Shown piece by piece: positions 1-8,069 of a stretch of 32,000 nt of DNA. Position numbers and translations under genes: made by a program. The DNA is from Delftia acidovorans NBRC 14950. GTDB taxonomy: Bacteria > Pseudomonadota > Gammaproteobacteria > Burkholderiales > Burkholderiaceae_C. The stretch lies in assembly GCF_001598795.1 (NCBI RefSeq), contig NZ_BCZP01000007.1, forward strand, positions 210,001 to 242,000, in the 5' to 3' direction. Under the pieces are notes generated by a model, which saw only the letters and a program-made list of their open reading frames with translations, was not told the origin of the DNA and did not search any database. Within the stretch, counting starts at the first letter, position 1. Every line of letters starts with the position of its first letter.

Positions 1-831
1 GGCGCCCAGCGCATCCAGCGCCGCGCGCGGCCGGCCTTCGCGCACGCGGGTGTGCAGCAGCACGGGCAGGCGCGGCAGCGTGGGCAGGCCCAGGCGCGGG
101 CCCACGTCCACGGCGCCCAGGGCCAGCATGCGCGGCGCCAGCGCGGCCACGCCCAGCCCCGCCATGACGGCGGCCGAGACAGCGGCTACGCCGCCGCCCA
201 CGAACACCTCGGTCCACGGCATGCGCGCCGTATCCAGCAGTTGCCCGGCCATGGCGCGCACGCCGCAGGGCTCGGCCAGCGTGGCCAGCGGCAGGGGCTC
301 GCCCGCGCGGTGCTGCCAGCCGGGCGCGGCAAACCAGCCGAAGGGCTCCTCGGCCAGCAGCTCGCCGTCGTCACGCCCGGCATGCGTGCGAACGATCACC
401 GTGTCGTATTCGCGCCGGTCAAACCCCTGCAGCAGCGGGCCGGACGATGCGATGCGGATGTCGATCAGCAGCTGCGGGTCCTGCGCATTCATGCGGGCGA
501 TCAGTGCGGGCAGCTCAGGCCCGGCCACGTGGTCGCTGATGCCGATGGTCAGCCGCTGGCGCGTGCTGACGGCCAGCGCCAGTGCGCGCTCATGGGCCTG
601 CAACAGTTCGCGCGCATGGGGCAGGAAGTCGGCGCCCAGCGCGGACAGCTGCACATGGCGCGGCGTGCGCTCGACCAGCCTGCAGCCCAGCCGCTGCTCC
701 AGCCGCTTGAGCTTGAGGCTGACGGCAGCCTGCGTGGTCTGCATGGCTTCGGCCGCGCGCGTGAAGCTGCCCAGGTCCGCGATGTGCACGAAGCCTTGCA
801 CGGCATCCAGGTCCAGAGGTCGTTGAATCAT
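1..831 (-). CDS. LysR-family transcriptional regulator (C-terminal end runs off the window start)
   Basis: Hand translation of the minus strand from the ATG (complement of cat 829-831) gives MIQRPLDLDAVQGFVHIADLGSFTRAAEAMQTTQAAVSLKLKRLEQRLGCRLVERTPRHVQLSALGADFL..., a LysR winged-HTH. It continues ...RQRLTIGISDHVAGPELPALIARMNAQDPQLLIDIRIASS... and stays open to position 1. It is absent from the ORF track because it has no stop inside the window. It is divergent from the tautomerase gene. Confidence 0.85.
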   Translation of the reverse strand, partial: MIQRPLDLDAVQGFVHIADLGSFTRAAEAMQTTQAAVSLKLKRLEQRLGCRLVERTPRHVQLSALGADFLPHARELLQAHERALALAVSTRQRLTIGISDHVAGPELPALIARMNAQDPQLLIDIRIASSGPLLQGFDRREYDTVIVRTHAGRDDGELLAEEPFGWFAAPGWQHRAGEPLPLATLAEPCGVRAMAGQLLDTARMPWTEVFVGGGVAAVSAAVMAGLGVAALAPRMLALGAVDVGPRLGLPTLPRLPVLLHTRVREGRPRAALDALGA

Positions 832-842
832 TTCAATCCATT

Positions 843-860
843 ATTACTGATATCAGCAAT
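843..860. promoter_or_regulatory. Near-perfect 18-bp palindrome ATTACTGATATCAGCAAT in a divergent LysR/tautomerase intergenic region (candidate LysR box)
   Basis: Read directly. The core CTGATATCAG is a perfect palindrome and the outer arms match 16/18. It lies 12 bp upstream of the LysR start and about 80 bp upstream of the tautomerase start. LysR regulators typically bind dyads of the T-N11-A type in such divergent regions. Confidence 0.45.
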
Positions 861-941
861 CATGGCTTTTCAAAATATCTGGCGCGGCCTACCTTCGAGG
901 CTCCCACAACGCAAAGCAACGCAACGCAAAGGAGCCACACC

Positions 942-1325
942 ATGCCCATGACCCGGATCAACATGCGCGCCGGCAAGTCCCCCGCCTACCGCCAGGCCAT
1001 CTGCGACAGCCTCTACCGCGCCATGCGCGAAACCTTCAACGTGCCGGAGGACGACCAGTTCATGACCATCACCGAGCATGACGGCGACAACTTCCGCTAC
1101 GGCGCCTCCTACCTGGGCGTGGCGCGCAGCGACGATCTGGTGCTGGTGCAGCTCACGGTCAGCAACACCCGCAGCCTGGAGCAGAAAAAGGCGCTGTTCA
1201 GCCGCATCGCCGAGCTGCTGGTCGAAAGCCCCGGCCTGCGGCCCGAGGACGTGTTCGTCAACCTGGTCGAGGTGGACAAGGAGAACTGGTCCATGGGCCA
1301 CGGGCTCGCGCAATACGCAACTTAA
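942..1325 (+). CDS. Tautomerase-superfamily protein (4-oxalocrotonate tautomerase-like, about 127 aa long form)
   Basis: The ORF begins MPMTRINMRAGKSP.... Pro follows the initiator Met, which is the catalytic Pro-1 hallmark. Length and the ...VNLVEVDKENWSMGHG tail fit the long tautomerase family. An AAGGAG Shine-Dalgarno lies at 929-934, 7 nt before the ATG. Confidence 0.85.
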   Translation: MPMTRINMRAGKSPAYRQAICDSLYRAMRETFNVPEDDQFMTITEHDGDNFRYGASYLGVARSDDLVLVQLTVSNTRSLEQKKALFSRIAELLVESPGLRPEDVFVNLVEVDKENWSMGHGLAQYAT

Positions 1326-1361
1326 GACACGCGGATCGGCGCAACACCCACAGCGCCGCGC

Positions 1362-2246
1362 TCAGGCCGGCGCCGCCAGCGCCGCCACGAATTGCTGACC
1401 CACGGCGGTAATGATCTCGGCGCGCGCCGCCGTGCGCAGCTGCACCAGGGCGATCTGCCGGCTCTCGGCAGTCTGGGCAAGGGGCAGCACGCGCAGGCGC
1501 GGGTCGCCCTCCCAGCCATGCCGCGCCAGATTGGGCAGCATGGCCACGCCCATGCCGTCGCGCACCAGCTCCACGATGGTCTCGATGGAGTTGAGCTCCA
1601 GGAACTCCTGGGGCTTGGCGCGCAGGCGGCGCAGCGTGCGCTCCACCAGCTCGCCCGTGTGCTCGGTGCGGTCGAAGCGGATGAAGGGATAGCGCTCCAC
1701 CATGTCGGCGGGCGCCGCGGGCCGGGCGGCGCGCGGCGCCAGCAGCACCATGGACTCGGCATACAGCGGTGTCCAGACCAGCGAGGGGCGCTTGATGGCC
1801 GGCTTGTAGACCACCACGGCCGCGTCCAGCTCATGGTTCTCCACCTGGGCGATCAGCCGGTTGGACTTGCCCGAGACCACATGCAGGTCCACCGCCGGAT
1901 GGTGGCGCTTGAGCTCCAGCGTGGCGCGCACCAGCTGGCTCAGCGCCGAGACGATGGAGCCGAACTGCACGGTGCCGGCCAGCGGTGCGTCGGCCCGCGT
2001 GCCGTGCTTGGCCTGCTCGTACAGCGCCACCAGCTGGGTGGCAATGGGCACCAGCGCCCTGCCCTGCTCGTTGAGCGTGACCAGCTTGCCCTGGCGCGCG
2101 AACAGCTTGCGCTTGAGGTCGTTTTCCAGCGTGCGCATCTGCAGCCCCACGGCCACCTGGGTCAGCGCCACGCGCTGGCCTGCCGCAGTGAAGGAGCCCT
2201 CGGCCGCCACGGCGAGGAAAGTGCGAAGAATGCGCAGGCTTGGCAT
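1362..2246 (-). CDS. LysR-family transcriptional regulator
   Basis: MPSLRILRTFLAVAAEGSFTAAGQRVALTQVAVGLQMRTLENDLKRKLFARQGKLVTLNEQG is an N-terminal LysR HTH. The protein is 294 aa and is divergent from the Bug/GGT genes. Confidence 0.9.
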   Translation of the reverse strand: MPSLRILRTFLAVAAEGSFTAAGQRVALTQVAVGLQMRTLENDLKRKLFARQGKLVTLNEQGRALVPIATQLVALYEQAKHGTRADAPLAGTVQFGSIVSALSQLVRATLELKRHHPAVDLHVVSGKSNRLIAQVENHELDAAVVVYKPAIKRPSLVWTPLYAESMVLLAPRAARPAAPADMVERYPFIRFDRTEHTGELVERTLRRLRAKPQEFLELNSIETIVELVRDGMGVAMLPNLARHGWEGDPRLRVLPLAQTAESRQIALVQLRTAARAEIITAVGQQFVAALAAPA

Positions 2247-2253
2247 AAAAGAT

Positions 2254-2272
2254 TTACTTTCAAGATTCGTAA
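2254..2272. promoter_or_regulatory. TTAC-N11-GTAA dyad (LysR T-N11-A type box) in the divergent promoter region
   Basis: Read directly: TTAC TTTCAAGATTC GTAA. It lies 8 bp upstream of the LysR start at 2246, inside the AT-richer 2247-2378 spacer. Confidence 0.45.
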
Positions 2273-2378
2273 GAAATTCCAGCTTTCACCAAACAGTTTC
2301 TATCATCAAAATCGCTGGCAACCGATAGCCGATCGTCCTGATCGCACCCTCCCACTTCCCGGATTTCTGGAGATCTCC

Positions 2379-3368
2379 ATGCCTGCACCCGTGTCCCGCC
2401 GCCTGCTCGTCTGCTGCGCCGCCCTGTTGACCTGCGCCACGCCCGGCTGGGCCGCGCCCGCCGCCGATGCCTGGCCCTCGCAGCCGCTGAAGATCATGGT
2501 GGGCTTTGCCGCCGGCGGCGCCAACGACATCGTGGCCCGCATCCTGGCCAAGGAGCTGCAGCAGCGCCTGGGCCAGAGCGTGGTGGTGGAGAACCGCGGC
2601 GGCGCGGGCGGCCTGATCGCCAGCGAAGTGGTGGCCAAGGCGCCCAAGAACGGCTACACGCTGCTGTTGGGCTCCATCGGCAGCAACACCGTGGCGCCCG
2701 TGCTGGCCAAGAAGCTGTCGTTCGACCCGCGCAAGGACCTGGAGCCCATCACCCTGGTAGCCGAATCCGGCAACGCGCTGCTGGTGAACGCCGCCCTGCC
2801 CTACAAGACGGTGCAGGAAATGATCGAGGCCGCGCGCAAGGCGCCGGGCAGCATCAACTACGCATCGTCGGGCAACGGCTCCACCCTGCACCTGGCCGGC
2901 GCGCTGTTCGCGCAGCAGGCCGGCGTGAACCTGGTGCACGTGCCCTACCGCGGCAACGGCCCGGCCATCACCGATGTGTCGGGCGGCCAGGTGCAGGCCA
3001 TCTTCTCGGGCATTCCGCCTGCCATCACATCGGCGAAGACCGGCCAGACCCGCATCCTGGCCGTGACCACGAAGCAGCGCGTCAAGAACCTGCCCAACGT
3101 GCCCACCGTCGCCGAGGCCGGCCTGCCCGGCTATGCCTTCACGTCCTGGTACGGCCTGTTCACCACGGGCGGCACGGACCCGGCCATCGTCGAGCGGCTG
3201 GCCCAGGAAGTGCGCAAGATCATGGAGCGCCCCGAAGTGCAAGCCCAGTTCGAGGCCCAGGGCCTGGACCCCGAGACCAGCGACCCCAAGTCCTTCAAGC
3301 AGCAGATCGACCGCGAGCTGACGCGCTGGAGCCGTGACGTGAAGACCATGGGCATCACCGCCGACTGA
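2379..3368 (+). CDS. Bug/TctC-family (tripartite tricarboxylate transporter) periplasmic solute-binding protein
   Basis: This is an internal start of track ORF 1392..3368, beginning MPAPVSRRLLVCCAALLTCATPGWAAPAADAWP (Sec signal). It is followed by PLKIMVGFAAGGANDIVARILA...VVENRGGAGG...YASSGNGSTLHLAG...VPYRGNGPAITD, the typical Bug motifs. A GGAG lies about 7 nt upstream. The upstream part of the track ORF is antisense to the LysR gene. Confidence 0.9.
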   Translation: MPAPVSRRLLVCCAALLTCATPGWAAPAADAWPSQPLKIMVGFAAGGANDIVARILAKELQQRLGQSVVVENRGGAGGLIASEVVAKAPKNGYTLLLGSIGSNTVAPVLAKKLSFDPRKDLEPITLVAESGNALLVNAALPYKTVQEMIEAARKAPGSINYASSGNGSTLHLAGALFAQQAGVNLVHVPYRGNGPAITDVSGGQVQAIFSGIPPAITSAKTGQTRILAVTTKQRVKNLPNVPTVAEAGLPGYAFTSWYGLFTTGGTDPAIVERLAQEVRKIMERPEVQAQFEAQGLDPETSDPKSFKQQIDRELTRWSRDVKTMGITAD

Positions 3369-3381
3369 GGCAGGTTCTTTC

Positions 3382-5013
3382 ATGCACGCCTCTTCCTCAC
3401 CCTTCACTCCCGGCAACCCCTACGACTCCAGGCGGGTGCCCGTATTCGCGCGCAATGCCGTGTCCACCTCCCACCCGCTGGCGGCGCAGGCCGGCCTGCG
3501 CATGCTGTGGGCAGGCGGCAACGCGGTGGACGCGGCCATTGCGGCGGCGGCGGCCATGACCATCGTCGAGCCGGTGAGCAACGGCCTGGGCTCGGACGCC
3601 TTCTGCATCCTCTGGGATGGCAAGGAACTGCACGGGCTCAACGCCAGCGGCCGCGCACCGCAGGGCTGGGCGCCCGAGTACTTCCACCAGCGCTATGGCC
3701 GCCAGGACAAGCCGCCGCGCCGGGGCGTGGACTCCATCACCGTGCCGGGCGCCGTCAGCGCCTGGGTGGCCCTGCACGAGCGCTTCGGCAAGCTGCCCTT
3801 TGACGCGCTGATGGAGCCGGCCGCCGAGATCGCCGAGCGCGGCTACCTGGTGCCGCCCGTGGTCCAGCAGAAATGGGCCGCAGGCGCGCCCGAGCTGCAA
3901 TCGCAGCCGGGGTTCAGGGAAAGCTTCCTGCCCCGGGGCCGCGCGCCGGAAGTGGGCGAGCTGTTCCGCTTTCCCGCCGCAGCGCGCGCCCTGCGCGCCA
4001 TTGGTGCCACGCGCGGCAAGGCCTTCTATGAGGGCGAGATTGCCCGGGCCGTGACCTCGTTCGTGCAGCAGCACGGCGGCTGCCTGGGCATGGCCGACAT
4101 GGCCGCGCACGAGGTGCAATGGGTGCAGCCGCTGGCCAAGGACTACCGCGGCCACACTCTGCACGAGATCCCGCCGGGCGGGCAAGGCATTGCCGCGCAG
4201 ATTGCGCTGGGCATTCTGTCCAACTTCGACCTGGCCAGCCTGCCCGTGGATGGCGTGGCCTCCCAGCATCTGCAGATCGAGGCCATGAAGCTGGCCTTTG
4301 CCGACATCTACCGCTACGTGGCCGACGCGGACATGGAGGTGACGCCCGCACAGATGCTGGACGACGCCTACCTGGCCTCGCGCGCCAGGCTGATCGATCC
4401 GCGCCGTGCGCAGGACTTCAAGGCCGGCAACCCCGTGCGCGGCGGCACCATCTACCTGACGGCGGCCGACGAGAACGGCATGATGGTCAGCTTCATCCAG
4501 AGCAACTTCTCGGGCTTTGGCTCGGGCGTGGTGGAGCCGACCTTCGGCATCAGCCTGCAAAACCGCGGCCACGGCTTCGGCACCGACCCCCAGCACCCCA
4601 ACCGCGCCAACCTGGTGGGCCCGGGCAAGCGCCCCTTCCACACCATCATTCCGGCCTTCCTGACCCGCGACGGCCAGCCCGTGATGAGCTTCGGCGTCAT
4701 GGGCGGCAACATGCAGCCCCAGGGCCACATGCAGACTGTGGTGCGCATGCTGGACTACCGCCAGTCGCCCCAGGCGGCCTGCGATGCGCCGCGCTGGCGC
4801 GTCAACGAAGGCCTGGCCATCAACGTGGAAGGCGGCATGGACCCGTCCACCATCGCCGGCCTGCAGGCGCTGGGCCACCAGGTGGAGGTCATCCACGACC
4901 CCTACCAGGACTTCGGCGCCGGCCAGTTCATCTGGCGCATGGGCGATCCCGCCGTGGAGGGCTACCAGATCGCCAGCGACCCGCGCCGCGACGGGCTGGC
5001 GGCCGGGTTCTGA
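3382..5013 (+). CDS. Gamma-glutamyltransferase-family (Ntn hydrolase) protein without an obvious signal peptide
   Basis: 543 aa. Family features present: ...STSHPLAAQAGLRMLWAGGNAVDAAIAAAAAM..., a putative autoprocessing/nucleophile Thr in NPVRGGTIYLTAADENGMMVSFIQSNF, and C-terminal FGVMGGNMQPQGHMQ. The N-terminus MHASSSPFTPGNPYDSRRV is not hydrophobic. The gene starts 13 nt after the Bug gene stop. Confidence 0.9.
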   Translation: MHASSSPFTPGNPYDSRRVPVFARNAVSTSHPLAAQAGLRMLWAGGNAVDAAIAAAAAMTIVEPVSNGLGSDAFCILWDGKELHGLNASGRAPQGWAPEYFHQRYGRQDKPPRRGVDSITVPGAVSAWVALHERFGKLPFDALMEPAAEIAERGYLVPPVVQQKWAAGAPELQSQPGFRESFLPRGRAPEVGELFRFPAAARALRAIGATRGKAFYEGEIARAVTSFVQQHGGCLGMADMAAHEVQWVQPLAKDYRGHTLHEIPPGGQGIAAQIALGILSNFDLASLPVDGVASQHLQIEAMKLAFADIYRYVADADMEVTPAQMLDDAYLASRARLIDPRRAQDFKAGNPVRGGTIYLTAADENGMMVSFIQSNFSGFGSGVVEPTFGISLQNRGHGFGTDPQHPNRANLVGPGKRPFHTIIPAFLTRDGQPVMSFGVMGGNMQPQGHMQTVVRMLDYRQSPQAACDAPRWRVNEGLAINVEGGMDPSTIAGLQALGHQVEVIHDPYQDFGAGQFIWRMGDPAVEGYQIASDPRRDGLAAGF

Positions 5014-5036
5014 AGCGTGCTCCAACCCGCCTGTGG

Positions 5037-6032
5037 CTACTCCGCGCGCAAGCGCCCCTGGCGGGTCAGCCGCGCCGCCAGTGCGGCCTCTTCGCTGACC
5101 AGGCGCTGCAGCACGGCCGCGCTGGCCGGGAAGGGCTCGCTGCCCAGTTCGCGGATCAGGCGACTGAACTCCGGGTCGGCCACAGACTGGGAGATCCAGC
5201 CATACAGGCTTTCCACGCTGGCCGTGGGCACGCCCTTGGGCGCGAACACGCCCACGAAGGTGGTGGCATCGAACACCGGCAGGCCCAGCTGGGCCAGGTC
5301 GGGCACATCGGCCAGCCCGCCCCCGGCGCGCGGCCCCAGCACGAGCAGCGCGCGCAGGGCGCCGCTCTTGATATGCGGCGTGGAGCTGGTGATCTGGTCC
5401 ACCACGGCATCGATCTGCCCGCCGATCAGATCGACCAGGGCCGGCCCCGATCCCTTGTAGGGCACGGGATTGACGCGCACCTTCACGGCATCTTCCAGCT
5501 GCAGCACGGCCAGGTGATTGGGCGAGCCCGGGCCGGCATGGCCCACGGTCACGCTGCCATCCCTGGCCTTCATCGCCTTGATGAAATCGGCAGCGGTCTT
5601 GAAGCGCGCGTCGTTGGCGCGCACCACCACGACCACGGGCGTGCGGCTGACCACGGCAATGGGCGCAAAGCTGTCGGCGCGGTAGGGCAGCTTGATCATC
5701 TCGGGCAAGGTGCCCAACTGGCCCGGCGTGGCCACCAGCAGCGTATGCCCGTCCGGCTCGGCGCGCGCCACCCAGCCCGAGCCCACGGCACCACCGCCGC
5801 CCGCACGGTTGTCCACGATCACGGACTGCCCCGCATGCCGGGCCAGCGGAATGCCCAGCGTGCGGGCCACGATGTCCACGTTGCCGCCCGGCGCAAAGGG
5901 CACGACCAGCGTGAGCGGCTTGGCGGGAAATGCGCGCGCCTGCACTGCCGATGCGGCCGATGCCGCAGCCAGCGCCGCGAAAGATACCGCCGTGCGGATA
6001 AAGCCTCTGCGGCCCGATGTGATTCGATTCAT
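5037..6032 (-). CDS. Bug/TctC-family periplasmic solute-binding protein (Tat-like signal)
   Basis: MNRITSGRRGFIRTAVSFAALAAASAASAVQARA signal, followed by PLTLVVPFAPGGNVDIVARTL...VDNRAGGGG...GHAGPGSPNHLAV...VPYKGSGPALVD. Confidence 0.9.
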   Translation of the reverse strand: MNRITSGRRGFIRTAVSFAALAAASAASAVQARAFPAKPLTLVVPFAPGGNVDIVARTLGIPLARHAGQSVIVDNRAGGGGAVGSGWVARAEPDGHTLLVATPGQLGTLPEMIKLPYRADSFAPIAVVSRTPVVVVVRANDARFKTAADFIKAMKARDGSVTVGHAGPGSPNHLAVLQLEDAVKVRVNPVPYKGSGPALVDLIGGQIDAVVDQITSSTPHIKSGALRALLVLGPRAGGGLADVPDLAQLGLPVFDATTFVGVFAPKGVPTASVESLYGWISQSVADPEFSRLIRELGSEPFPASAAVLQRLVSEEAALAARLTRQGRLRAE

Positions 6033-6058
6033 TTTCTCTGTCTCCTGCTATTTGAAAA

Positions 6059-6949
6059 TCAATGACCCCAATACAGGCGCGCGGGGTTATCGACCAATAC
6101 CGTGTGCCTGTATTCCTCTGGAACCCAATCCACCAGTGCCTGCGCCAATTCGCCAGCGGAATTCGAACGGGCCTTTATTCCGGGATGCGGCCAGTCCGAC
6201 CCCCATACGATCCGGTGCGGATTGGCCTGCACCAGGGCATGTGCAATCGGAACCACGGCCGGGTCCACGGCCGATGCCGTTGCCGATATCCGGTAGGCGC
6301 CCGAGAACTTCACCCAGGCCCGCCCTTCCTTCATCAGCGCCTGCAGGTTGCGGCTGCCCGGCCCGCCGGCGCCCAGCTGGCGCGACGGGTGGCCGAAGTG
6401 ATCCACCACCACGGCCACGCCCATGTCGGCCACGCGCTGCGCCAGGCCAGCGTCTTCATCCACGTTCACCAGCAATTGCACATGCCAGCCCAGGCCCCGG
6501 ATGCGGTCGACCACGGCCTGCAGGCTGGAGACGGAGACCCCGCCCGAAAACAGCGCATTGCACCGTGCGCCCCGCACGCCCAGGGCGTGCAGCGCTTCGA
6601 TCTCTGTATCCGGCGTGTCCTCGTAGATCACGGCCACGCCACGCATGCGGCCCGATTCGGCATGGCGCAGCGTCTGCTTGAGAAGGCCATGATCGCGGCC
6701 ATACACGCTGGGCTGGACCAGAACGCAGCGGTCCACACCCAATGGGCGAAAGGCTTTCCAATAATCGTCCATGGACGCGACAGCCGGTGTATAGGCGCGT
6801 TCCGCAATCAAAGGAAAATCATCGGAACGACCAAATACATGGAAATGGGTATCGCAGGAATTTTCTGGAAACAGATATTGTTCCGCTGGATTTTCGACTG
6901 CGTCGCAATCACCGGCACAGCGGTTGAAACTGGGTGAATTCATGGGCAT
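6059..6949 (-). CDS. Amidohydrolase_2-family metal-dependent hydrolase (LigI/lactonase-decarboxylase type TIM barrel)
   Basis: Motifs present: CDTHFHVFG (HxH), VVDHFGHP and WGSDWPHP. It ends 26 nt upstream of the Bug gene, so the two probably form an operon. An alternative ATG lies at 6943. Confidence 0.85.
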   Translation of the reverse strand: MPMNSPSFNRCAGDCDAVENPAEQYLFPENSCDTHFHVFGRSDDFPLIAERAYTPAVASMDDYWKAFRPLGVDRCVLVQPSVYGRDHGLLKQTLRHAESGRMRGVAVIYEDTPDTEIEALHALGVRGARCNALFSGGVSVSSLQAVVDRIRGLGWHVQLLVNVDEDAGLAQRVADMGVAVVVDHFGHPSRQLGAGGPGSRNLQALMKEGRAWVKFSGAYRISATASAVDPAVVPIAHALVQANPHRIVWGSDWPHPGIKARSNSAGELAQALVDWVPEEYRHTVLVDNPARLYWGH

Positions 6950-6963
6950 TCATTTCAAAGCTG

Positions 6964-6982
6964 GTGCATTGTCGTGACGCAC
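6964..6982. promoter_or_regulatory. GTGC-N11-GCAC dyad in the 70-bp divergent amidohydrolase/LysR spacer
   Basis: Read directly: GTGC ATTGTCGTGAC GCAC. It has T-N11-A type geometry, and its position fits a LysR autoregulatory/activation site. Confidence 0.35.
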
Positions 6983-7019
6983 GTAAAATTCAGTCAAGCT
7001 CATCTTTGTCATCATCAAA

Positions 7020-8018
7020 ATGAACAGCATTCAACATACAGACGGTGCGCCCCGGGCTCCGGTCAACCTGCGCAGCATCGACCTCAACCTGCTGGTGATC
7101 TTCGAGGCCCTGGTGGAAGAACGCAGCGTGGGCAAGGCCGCCGCGCGGCTGGGCATCACCTCCTCGGCCGTCAGCCATGCGCTGCGCCGGCTGCGCACCC
7201 AGTTCAACGACCCGCTGCTGCTGCGCACGGCCGAAGGCATGTCGCCCACGCCCGAGGCCGTGCGCCTGGCGCGCAGCTTCCGCAAGGCCTTCAGCGAGAT
7301 CGAAAGCGCCATCGAGGTCAGCAAGGGCTTCGATCCGGCCACGGCGCGGCGCAATTTCCACCTGCGCCTGTCCGACTACGTGGGTGTGCTGCTGCTCCCG
7401 CAGCTGTGCATCCATCTGCGTGCGGTGGCGCCGGGCATCAGCCTGTCGGTGCAGTCCTTCGACGGCCGCCAGCCCTCGGACCGCGTCGAGTACGAGGGCG
7501 TGGAGATACGGCTGTCCGTCTCGCGCGGTCGCTCGGTGCTGTCGGCGTCACGCCGCCTGCTGGACGACCAGTGGATGGTGCTGATGCGCAAGGACCATCC
7601 GGCCGCCGCCTCCCCGCTCACGCTGGAGAAATACCTGGAGCAAGGCCACCTGAAGGTCACGGGCGTGGGCAGCAGCATCGTGGATGAACTCCTGGCCGAG
7701 CGCGGGCTGGCGCGGCGCGTGATGTTCCAGGTGCCCACCTGGCTGGGCATGGTGCCCGTCATCGAATCCACCGACCTGGTGGCCGCCATGCCCGCGCACT
7801 GGATGCACAGCGTGCTGTCCGGCTCCAACTGCGTGGCGCGCCCCATGCCCCTGCCCGAGCTGGCCCTGTCCATAGACGCCGTCTGGCATCCGCGCAACGA
7901 TCATGACGCGGGGCACAAATGGTTCAGGGAGTTGATCCACCAGATCTTCCAGGAGGCGTACAGCAAATCCTTGCTCCAGCAGCGCCTGGACAGGGCAGGC
8001 ACACGGAACAACGCTTAA
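7020..8018 (+). CDS. LysR-family transcriptional regulator
   Basis: ...LRSIDLNLLVIFEALVEERSVGKAAARLGITSSAVSHALRRLRTQFNDPLLLRTAEGMSPTPEA is a LysR HTH. The protein is 332 aa. Confidence 0.9.
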   Translation: MNSIQHTDGAPRAPVNLRSIDLNLLVIFEALVEERSVGKAAARLGITSSAVSHALRRLRTQFNDPLLLRTAEGMSPTPEAVRLARSFRKAFSEIESAIEVSKGFDPATARRNFHLRLSDYVGVLLLPQLCIHLRAVAPGISLSVQSFDGRQPSDRVEYEGVEIRLSVSRGRSVLSASRRLLDDQWMVLMRKDHPAAASPLTLEKYLEQGHLKVTGVGSSIVDELLAERGLARRVMFQVPTWLGMVPVIESTDLVAAMPAHWMHSVLSGSNCVARPMPLPELALSIDAVWHPRNDHDAGHKWFRELIHQIFQEAYSKSLLQQRLDRAGTRNNA

Positions 8019-8069
8019 CCCAGCCCTCATGCTTTTCGGTGAAGATGCGGTCTTTCCGCCGCACAAGCC

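Noticed and set aside
1392-2378. N-terminal extensions of several track ORFs: 1392..3368, 11651..13102, 12697..14301, 13895..15778, 22584..23465, 23345..24454, 25969..26472 and 29142..30434.
   Set aside because: In each case the family-typical N-terminus (signal peptide, Rossmann motif or Walker A) begins at an internal ATG with a plausible Shine-Dalgarno sequence or stop/start overlap. The upstream part overlaps a neighbouring gene or has shadow-ORF composition, for example [12 protein letters not shown] read from the 9-bp repeat.
3397-5025. Long ORFs on the opposite strand or in other frames of recognised genes. Examples: 3397..5025(-), 4119..6065(+), 7548..9167(-), 9474..10661(+), 10190..11590(-), 11345..13585(+), 12511..15786(+), 14327..15931(-), 16575..17825(-), 16928..18160(+), 17883..18926(-), 19231..20289(-), 19269..20378(+), 20403..22553(+), 21487..23547(-), 24476..26176(+), 24522..25841(-), 29046..30455(+), 30046..31389(+).
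   Set aside because: Their translations are dominated by Arg/Ala/Gly/Pro/His runs with no family motifs. They completely overlap ORFs that carry clear catalytic or structural motifs. Such stop-free shadow frames are expected in very GC-rich DNA.
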